From: Fimbriosthenelais zetlandica
Taxonomy: Eukaryota
Direction: 5' to 3'
NCBI GenBank assembly: GCA_977030845.1
Contig: OZ365110.1
Coordinates: 21,266,001-21,330,000 of the forward strand
Length of the DNA: 64,000 bases
Of this stretch, positions 1-9,216 are shown piece after piece. Both the position numbers and the translations under genes were made by a program. Numbering within the stretch: the first letter of the stretch is position 1; every line of letters starts with the position of its first letter. Below the pieces are notes generated by a model. It was not told the origin of the DNA and did not search any database. It saw only the letters and a list, made by a program, of their open reading frames with translations.

Positions 1-250
1 CTTCGATGGAATGAGTCCCGTTTGAGTTCACGGTTGTGCCAAAGTACTCTGCATAATAACCACCAGAAATCATAGCTGCCCCTCCAAGTGTAATAACCAT
101 GCCCACCATGATGCCTACAAAGGCACCCCAAATAAAAGGGATAAAGCATTTCAGTTTTTTTGCAGGATTTCCTTCCCTTGTGAACAAAGCTCTACGGATC
201 TGTCCTTTATTTCGAACATATTTTATAAGAGCTGGTCCGGTGGCTCTCAT
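1..250 (-). CDS. Partial ORF running off the window start; N-terminal basic segment then a hydrophobic span (membrane protein, identity unknown)
   Basis: Manual translation from ATG at 250: MRATGPALIKYVRNKGQIRRALFTREGNPAKKLKCFIPFIWGAFVGIMVGMVITLGGAAMISGGYYAEYFGTTVNSNGTHSIE, no stop before base 1. No family motif recognised. Confidence 0.35.
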   Translation of the reverse strand, partial: MRATGPALIKYVRNKGQIRRALFTREGNPAKKLKCFIPFIWGAFVGIMVGMVITLGGAAMISGGYYAEYFGTTVNSNGTHSIE

Positions 251-450
251 TTTGGTCAAATCCGATTCTAAAACTGATGGAATTTGAAGAAAACATATTA
301 ATTGCCTTTATATGGTATGTATAAATCCCTATTCACTTGGTTGAGATCAAAGATCGAGATAAACTCGGCCCAATTATACATGAGCACGGTTTGCTGAACA
401 TTAGTAGTTTCCTAATGATTCAAGGCTTTTAAAAATCCATAGGACAAAAT

Positions 451-1074
451 TCACAATTCACATGTATAAGGCAGATGGTATATTTCCAATGATTCTCCCA
501 TCAGCTTACTATTTTCAATATAAGCTTCCTGGTGTTGTGAAAGGTGATCCTTTTCAGGACTTAGAAGAGTGATCTGTCGAATACTTGTCCAATTTTCAGT
601 AACCAAATAGAGATCGATGTCCTGGACCACAGTATAATCAATGGAACATTTTCCACCTGTACCAATAGACCATACCAATCACGTAGACATTATGCGAAAG
701 CTCAATAATGACATGTCGACATGAATTGTTGCTTTAAGATCCTTGTACTTGCATCCTGGAACATTCCTCGGGAACATTAGTTTAATAATCTTTCCAAGAA
801 CAAGACCGAAATAATTACAAAAGTTGAAGAAATTCCTTTAACGTTTCTTCGGGACATCCAATGTTGAACGAAAAGCGATGGACTTAGATATTCCTTCCGA
901 AAGTTTTCCTGTGTAGTTTTCACATTGGTATGCCGATGAATAACAGTCCTCGAATGAAGTCTTGTTTGTGACATTTAAGCAGGGTCAATATAGACCGGTC
1001 CTTTGTGTAGATCTTGTATGATACATTGTTGAGCCGTGGAAAATGAAAGGTATGCACCCTCCTGTTTTAAGACC
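451..1074 (-). pseudogene. Possible decayed coding frame
   Basis: 208 codons in one frame with only three internal stops (985-987, 838-840, 679-681); includes track ORF 451..678. No homology recognised. Confidence 0.25.
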
Positions 1075-1786
1075 TTACTACAGAGAGCCGGCCCTGCATG
1101 GGTGCAGCTTTAATCGCAGTCAGATTAGAGTTGATAATACAGGCTAAGCTATTGCAGTGTTTGTTATTTGCCTCAAATCCCCGCCGCTTAGGCCAAGCTT
1201 AGCCTAAGTCATACTGGATGCCCAGCTGGAGGGTAACTGCCCAGAACCAATTTCTCTATCCATATACAGCTGATTAACGCGACGGTTAGAGGAAATCATG
1301 CCTCAGCCTGACTTTCTCGCCTCTATTAATGGTGAGCACTTGAATACTAAAAACTGGTGTCTTCTTCCCTTGTTGTAGAAACTTAACGCTTCAATTTCTT
1401 TTGGTGGTTAATGGTCAGATGCTTGAGGGGTCTATTTCGGTAGAAAAATTAGCATTGCTAAGTCTATGGCTAATTTTTGTTTCGAAATGGGCTCCAGGGT
1501 TCCAGGTATTCGGATCCCCCAGCAAAAATTATAGCTACGCCACTGTTGACAAGATGTTGATTAAAATAATGTCATTTAGAAAAGAGGCAATGTTTTTTGC
1601 TCAAAGATTATTATTACATTAACATATTAATACAATAAGTACTCAGAAGTATAATACAGTAGGCCTACACATCCTTCGTGATTTTCCGGTTCTGGAACAA
1701 ATTATATTGGATCGGTAGTTCAATTTCAGTCAGATATAGCAAAATTAATCTCGTTCTTCTGCTATTTGTGCCAACAAAGCTGGATT

Positions 1787-4322
1787 TCAGAATTTTTTCT
1801 CCGCCTCCTCGTCTGTTTCATCGTGCTTTTTCCTCAATTTCTCTCTCTCTTCTTGATATCTGAGTTGATAATGTAGTTTTCCAATTCCCATCAGTCCGAT
1901 TGTCTAAACAACAAGGATGACATATCTCCAAATGCGCCCGGATATTATAAGTAGGCCCATTAACTGATTCTTATTAACGGTTACATTGTGTCAAAATAGG
2001 CAAAATGTTCTGCTTACCAGAAATAAAATTCCAGACCCAAGTATGCATGCAAATGATATGGTAGCCAAATCAGCCACAAGGCCGAGCTTATCCTCACAAA
2101 CTTCCTTTAAAAAAGACACCCAAACATCATTAAGGCTTAAAGGGACACACTCTTCTATTGCAAACAAATACCGGTAGGGCAGTAAAAGTCTCGTGCGTCT
2201 CTTTCATATTTTTATGGATGAATATGTGATTTATAGAGGTATGTAATACGCATATATACCTATTTCTCATGTATCTGTCACTTGATTACGTCACAGCGTC
2301 GCTCTTGACTTTTCGACTCTGTCGACAATTATAGGCCTATCGCACCACCATTTTAGACCTTAAATTTCAACATTTTCCGCTAGCAAATCCTCGAGCTCAC
2401 GGCTATCGCAGATGCAGATTTCGGCTAAGGGTTAATGAGAAGACAATGCCGACTTACCTTGAATCCTCTGAAGACGAGTATACTCGCACTCTCTTTTTCA
2501 TATGAGAAACAGTTCAGGGGTAATGGCTCATTACCCACCATGGAGGCCGGGGAAAAACAACATTCCAACTGGAGGGAAGATGAAAGAAAATTGGGAAAAG
2601 TTATAATTAAATATATATATATTATACATGTAGGTTTAAATATGTACATATAATTATAAATCTGTAAAGAGTTATAAAGTTTATAGTCAGAAATTCATTC
2701 TTGTAATCTACCTCTTGTTCTATGGTCGTCCTTTGATTGTTTGTGAGCGATTGCCATACAGATTCCTCTATGCTGGACTGAAGATAAAATAATAAAAGAA
2801 TTAATATACAAAGCGCATAGTAGTGTTCCGAGTTTGCATGTAAGGAATATATGAATCCAGGGGACATTAAATGTAAAAGGGGACTTGTCCACTGTTCTTA
2901 CCTTAAAATTAATTGCTAGATAAATTCCAAATGCAACGAGGGCAAGCAGGGTTAAACCACCGAGATAAAGGAACTGAAAGAGAGATAAATCCGATTAAGT
3001 CTATAATTGCATAGTAGTTAGGCCTAGTAGCTTAATATGATGTACAAAACATCTGCATAGGCCTATAATTACAGGGAACTGATTGACTCATGCAAATGCC
3101 AAACGTACCGCTTTCATCGTATTTTTGTTGACTCTAACTGATCCACAGCATCCGAAAAATCCTGTAATTAAAGAGGAATAAATTCTATTTCATTCAACCC
3201 ATGATAGCAATAATGTTATCGACCATGTCAGTACACATCATACAATAATCTTAATCTCTGCTGATCAAATATTTTGATAAATAAAACAATAAAACGTCAG
3301 TTGACAGTTCAAAATCAATGACCGACTGTTCCTAGATGGCATTTTGAAAGCCCAGAGCCATGGAATACTAGTCTAGTCTAGTGTCTGACTGCACTTCTGA
3401 CGAGTGGCAGCAGAACTAAAATCTTTTAATAATAAAAGTATATAAATCTAAATGAGTAGGAATTAATCTTAATAAGAGTTAATTAATGCAAAGAAAAATA
3501 AATTGTAGCTTGAAAGTTTAATATTAATACCTTTTAAAAATGGGAAGTACAGTTGACTACAAAGAAACACAGCTAGGACAATTAATGAAACTGACCCGAC
3601 AGGTAGATGAGAAATCCAGCCACGCCCATCAGGATCACATAGTTCTCAAATAACAAATCAGATCGAGGGTAATTTCTATGCAGATAACATGTTAAATTTT
3701 CCCATAAAACTTACCCAATACGCCCAGAATACCCAGGACATGCGGGGGTGAAAGGGAATGCTAATTCTATTCCGATGTAAATGTGCGATGTACCTACCAA
3801 ATTTACTGAATTTATTAATTGAAAAAGATCTTAAAGGAAATTATACTTAATGAAATCTTCGCTGAATGATCGGAAAATGTTACTAACACACATGCAGGCC
3901 TTCTAATATTGTTATTTTATTTTGGAAATATCTGACCAATAGATCAAGAGCCAAGTATTACCTTGAAGAGTTCAGTGTAAAGAATAGTGCTTCGGAAGTT
4001 GGTAACATAAAGTAGAACACTGAGAGTCACCATTCCTATTACCTGAAGAATGAAGACTCAGTAATTGATGAAGCATATATATTTTTCAAATTTCCATTAC
4101 AAGCATGTCTCAACAACAACCCAGTGCGTAATAATAAAGAATCAGTCAAATACTCAATACGTAGTTCGCATGGCGCCGTTACATAGGCCTAGATATCTCA
4201 ATATATGGTTGCCGACAACAGCAGTTAGTAGCAAGTTGTAGAAAATTAATGACACAAAAACTTACCCATGCAAGTGTATTTCCGACGAATGCTGCATATC
4301 TTGCAAATGAAAGAATTTTCAT
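1787..4322 (-). CDS. Divergent tetraspanin, ~230 aa, 9 coding exons
   Basis: Exons 4266-4322, 3962-4042, 3596-3644 (uncertain), 3109-3161, 2902-2973, 2712-2777, 2458-2568, 2018-2104, 1787-1903; phases consistent, total 693 nt. MKILSFARYAAFVGNTLAWVIGMVTLSVLLYV (TM1), NYVILMGVAGFLIYLSGFFGCCGSVRVNK (TM2 with the tetraspanin GFxGCCG signature), FLYLGGLTLLALVAFGIYLAINF (TM3), EC2 with WQSL..EQELECCF..PLNC..EVC, TM4, acidic/basic tail. Confidence 0.85.
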
Positions 4323-4829
4323 TGTAAACTATTCTGAGAGGTCCCCTCATTTGTTCTAACGTTACAATCTATATAAGCAACAACATGCAATGTCCTCATA
4401 TACCGCCATATGATAGGCCTACTGTCTTATCATTACACACAGTAAACAAGACATGCATGACTTCCATAGGCATATGTCATGAAATTGTAGATCCATGCAA
4501 TGCTTTTGGTCACTGTCCAATAGTTGAAGCTCATAAATCAGTACAGGTGCAACCATCATGCACCATGTACATATAGTAGTGTTCTGTAGGGCATGTTTCA
4601 CAAAACCCGCTTGCTCATTTGTAATATAATACAGACCACCTCGACATAAATACTCAGATCTGGCCTCGGCAAGTCTCTAATATTAAACTAATTTTAAACA
4701 AATATTAAACATATGGTCTCCTCACATGCATGGTAATATAGAATATATTATCTGTTATATATAAGCGGCTTTCAGTAAATGTGGATCTTGTAGTTTTGGA
4801 TGAATGAAGGAGGTACATAATAAAATAAT

Positions 4830-4835
4830 TTTATT
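4830..4835 (-). terminator. Polyadenylation signal of the ubiquitin-fold/CaaX gene
   Basis: AATAAA on the minus strand ~23 nt after the TAA at 4858-4860. Confidence 0.55.
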
Positions 4836-4857
4836 TTAACTCTTGGGCATGAAGAAG

Positions 4858-7695
4858 TTACATCAAGAAACATCCAGTCCCAGTCTTGATATCAGTGAGA
4901 TCATCCAGCAAGGTGGTGTCGAAGTTCTCATGTCTGTTGAAAATATTACGAAAATAAAAGCAAATATTACGACAGGCCTAGAGGTATTCATCAACGTTCC
5001 AAATTATTATTTCCATAATAAGAAAAAAAAACTAAACATACTGTGGTATCAATGTGATGCTTAAGGTTCGGTGAAATCTTGGGTCTGACTCTATTGCATC
5101 CACTTCAATAAGTTGTTGGTCAGTCCGAGCCTTCAATACCGTGCCACCTCTTTTCACACCTTGATCAGCTGGGTCCTTTTTAGGTAATAACTCATTACTA
5201 CCTGTTGGAAAAGGGACATTTTATTTTGCTCGTTTTTTTTTAATGATTTTAGACTTATTATATGAATCAACCGGTATTCATTGATGTACCATTGATTAAT
5301 GAAACGCATTTGGTATGCATTAAAAATTCAGGTCTACATGCAGAGTGTGCAGAAAACTTACAAACTGTTTCTTCATCATCGACAGCAATCGGTGGCTGAA
5401 TTTTGATATTTCCGTCATTTTGAGGCAGATATCCTTAAAATAAAGACATGAAAATCTATGAAATTGTTTTCCCATGGTGTTCTTTAAAATGATATTAGGC
5501 CTATAATTATATCATTCTTTAGAAATTTCTATAAATTCATATAGGTTAACTAATGCTATGTAATTAAAGGGGTATACTCACTTATAAGAATATCGATAGT
5601 ATCCCTTGGTCGGATACCATAGTGGGATACAGACTTCCCCATATCTAATGGTGTTCCACAGAAGAGCCAACTGGGGCTTTGGCCACTCGGCCCTCCGCGA
5701 GAAGCCAGTTGAAGCTGTAATTCCCTGAAATTTGTAAAGGTTACGGCGTGACTCTTAATTTCACTCCACGATTTCAGTTTTCTGTTTATTGTGGATAGGT
5801 GTTTGAAAATAATGCTCATGAAAGACTCGTACCTTATGGTGGTATCACTCACAGCTTCCAATTCATGCATTTTTCCATCCAAGACTCTAACAAATATGTC
5901 AAATAACCCTCCAGGTTTTTTCTTCTGGACCTTAATTCCCATTGTTGGAAGGTTAAGTAGAATTTCATCTTTGTGTAGCAGCAACAAGACGCTATCATTC
6001 TCCTTAAGAAATATTAATATTATTTTTATTTTTTCATATATTATTTTCATTTGGTGTATGTAAATAAGCCTACAGCAATGCAACTATTCATAGCAGGGGC
6101 GGATCCGGAATTTTGCAACTGGGCAAATGTACGAAATATTTTGCGAAAACACTTACAACAATCCAATCAGTAGAGCCCAGATATCTGCCAACAGAACTGA
6201 GAAAGTAAAGATCCTCCCCCTCACTGAGTTCTTGTCCACCAACTGCGAAGTCATTCTTATAACTATCGATGACGTCATGGAAAGTTGGAAGGCCATTAAC
6301 ATCAAGAACAACTTCATTCCCTTCATCGTCATTCAGTACCAATTTATCTATCTTCACAAGTGTCATTTTCCTTATTGGTTCGTTTTTCTTGGCAGATTCA
6401 CTGAATAATAATTATAGAAATGAGATATAAAACAAATATAAAATAGGGGAGAATATTGTACTCTGAAGATGCCGTATTTCATAAAATTATAGACGTTCAA
6501 TGAATATTTCTCAAATTACTTTTCTTAACTATAATTTTGATGACCATTATTCCCAAAATAAATATTCACTTGTAACTTTACCTGAGTGTCATGTCTGAAT
6601 CTAATTTCATCACTATTTCTGTAGTGCTGTCATATTCAGGATTTGTCCAATGCACCAAACTACATCCAACATCTAGTACCCAGTCGCCAAAGTCAGTTGA
6701 GAGTTTTCTAAACAGGTCACAAGCCTTTGAGGACAATGGCATTTCATACCTATGCCCTTTGTTTGTATTAAATGCGCTGACATCAAACTGAAAATTAAAA
6801 TAGTAAAAATTAGATCTAATAAACGCAACCAGAGGAGTTTGCAGTCTGTTCCCGCCATAACACTCGATATAAGGGATCAATATATCAATAGAATTAAGAA
6901 TGCAAGGTCAGAGAAACAGGCTAATACATTCTAATTAGGTCTGTGAAGAGTAGGTCATAAAACAGCCATTGTCAAATATCCTTATTTGAATCCATTCGAG
7001 ATTAATTTTCAATAGAAAACTGTCCTATTTGGCATACCTGCATGGTGCTCGATCCTAGTTCAGGCTGGAAGCAGAGTTTGATGATAGAACGCTTAGAAAG
7101 CTGGGCTTCCACCTTTGTCATACTACTTGGCGAGGAAGGTTTACTTTTTTCATTGTTGGATTTTACATTTGGATTTTCTTGCTCTTCGGTTGCAGAAAAC
7201 ATGAATCCTATCCGCCTATCGACTGGTCTTTCCAGCACACATACACTCCTCCCATGCAGGAGAAATTTCCCTGAAACATTTAGTACATCAAAAAGATGTT
7301 TGGAATATTATCTCGGAATTGAAATACGATAATATGCCATTAAAATGACACAGGTACTTCAATCATTATTCTATGCGTGGACTAAGAATAAACCTTATTT
7401 CAGGATTACATTCGGAATTCCACATGCAGCTTAACTTACCAATGAAAGCTCCATCAATTTCAATCCTGACCATCGCCAGGAAGGGGTTGGAATTGGTGAT
7501 TCTCAATGTAAAACGCGTGTCTTTTTCCATGTATGTGAGCGCCTCGCTAGGACAGGTGAGCGTGTGTTCCTGCCCAAGAATCTCAGCTCCAAAACCATCC
7601 ACTGTGAGCGGTACGGGAGACAGGAGATCGGAAGTGAGATAATTATCATCATAATTAGGTGTAACAGGTCGTGAGGACGGGCCTGCCTTAGCCAT
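4858..7695 (-). CDS. ~495-aa protein: uncharacterised N-terminal domain, tandem ubiquitin/SUMO-like folds, C-terminal GGT-motif segment and CaaX box (CFLM)
   Basis: Exons 7440-7695, 7038-7270, 6582-6787, 6157-6400, 5833-6002, 5582-5724, 5042-5201, 4858-4933; all GT-AG, phases consistent, 1488 nt, no internal stop. Clear Ubl: FDIFVRVLDGKMHELEAVSDTTIRELQLQLASRGGPSGQSPSWLFCGTPLDMGKSVSHYGIRPRDTIDIL. Ends ...KTGTGCFLM*. AATAAA (minus strand) at 4830-4835. Confidence 0.82.
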
Positions 7696-8619
7696 ATACC
7701 TGTAGGTTTGAAAATATCAATATTTGTATGTGTATTGTAAGGCAAAATGAATAGGCCTACCGTAAAGTCTAATATACATTTGTACAATAATGATTTATAT
7801 TAATCCTATAAGAAAATTATGCATTATGCATTTTTCAGTGCATTACCTGCTATATAAGGCCTAAAATAGGCAATGTGTAACTGTAACTGTAACTGACGTA
7901 TATACTATACCGTACTACAATATTATGTGAACAAGAGTGAAACAAACTATATTCCTTTCAACAAATCAACTCGTTATGAGCTGAAAATTAAATATATCCA
8001 CTCACTACCAAAACATAAGCTCACGTACAATTATATCAGGAATCTATTATTTTACCTGTCGCTGTGGGGAGGAATTTTTGATGCCATCACACTGATTCAA
8101 ATGTTATACATCCAGGGACCGCTTGCAATAATGATCTGTGATGTGGTGTTAAAAATGTAGGCCTACATTTTTTTGATAGTGTTATCTCAATGTGAACCCG
8201 TGTCCGCAGAATTGTCCAATGCATGTGTATGCCTAATATTGTTTTATGGAGAACAATTTTGAGGTAGGCCTACTGGTATGCGCACATGCAAGATTCCGGT
8301 TGAAGATTGAATAGAGTGTAGGTTCACTCCTCTGCCATGTCGCCTACCTGTTATGCTTGCCTGTTAGCGTATCGTGTCGATATTCTAGATCTACGCCTCA
8401 CTCTGTGTTAACAGGTGTAGGCCTATTCCTAGAAGAGGAAGCAGGTATTCCAGTAATTGAATGCTCTGAATATTACAATCATCTTAATGTTACATGACAG
8501 AGGTGGACCCAGAATTTTGTATAAAAAAAGGGGCGGGGGATGAGGTTATAGGCCTAAATAGTTAGCCTAAACCTGCCCTGAAAAAGGCCACCGTCAACAG
8601 GCCGAAATGCATAGGGCTA

Positions 8620-8950
8620 TATAGGCAACAAATGGAAAAAAAAAACAACCCAGGAATGCTTTGTCTTCTGTGACATAGGCCTACCTTTTTCATTTTTCAT
8701 ATTTTTCATTGTGTTATTCGAGCATATTTCAGAAATGCATAGTTGGGACGAACGATGCCTCGATGGTAGGCCTATGTTCTCCTTGATTTGTTTGAAAAAA
8801 GGGTGCTTTTGGACGGGTAAAATCTTTTTAAGAAAAAGGGTACGGTAGTTTTTTAAAGTAGGCCTAAAATCCTTGAAGAGGGTCGGATTTTGAAAGTAGT
8901 GAACGAGCATAGGTACCCACTTAAATTCAGAGTGCACCCGCCCGGGAATA
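8620..8950. repeat. Dispersed non-autonomous repeat (DNA-transposon/MITE-like) between the two divergent genes
   Basis: 19-nt exact reverse-complement match (8807-8825 vs 25998-26016) plus flanking similarity to 26017-26050; boundaries approximate. Confidence 0.5.
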
Positions 8951-9070
8951 TTACTTTTGCTAGCCATTTAAAATGGCTCTTTCACGCCCCCTGCCGTGTA
9001 TGGGCCGCCTGTGAGTGCTTCGTTCGCGACAACAATGCGACACCGAGCGAATTTTCACATAACTAAACCA

Positions 9071-9078
9071 CCGGAAGT
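9071..9078 (+). promoter_or_regulatory. ETS/GABP-type motif CCGGAAGT in CpG-richer NOP2 promoter region
   Basis: CCGGAAGT ~140 nt upstream of the NOP2 ATG; a common housekeeping promoter element. Confidence 0.4.
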
Positions 9079-9216
9079 GGAATGCAGGTCGCTGCAGTCT
9101 ACTTGTATTATCGTCCAGACTGCACACACGTGTGGATCGTTTTGCACAGTAGTGTCACTCCACTTCTCAGCACACCTTACAATCAGAACTTATCGTGAAA
9201 ATTCAAGGATTATAAA

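Noticed and set aside
1080-1400. GC-richer segment considered as snRNA, RNase P/MRP or telomerase RNA
   Set aside because: No conserved boxes or template motif found by eye.
5556-5581. Stop at 5556 ending track ORF 5556..6083 as the gene's C-terminus
   Set aside because: A GTGAGT donor at 5581 leads in phase to two more coding exons ending in CFLM; the ORF also reads through a 108-nt in-frame intron (5725-5832).
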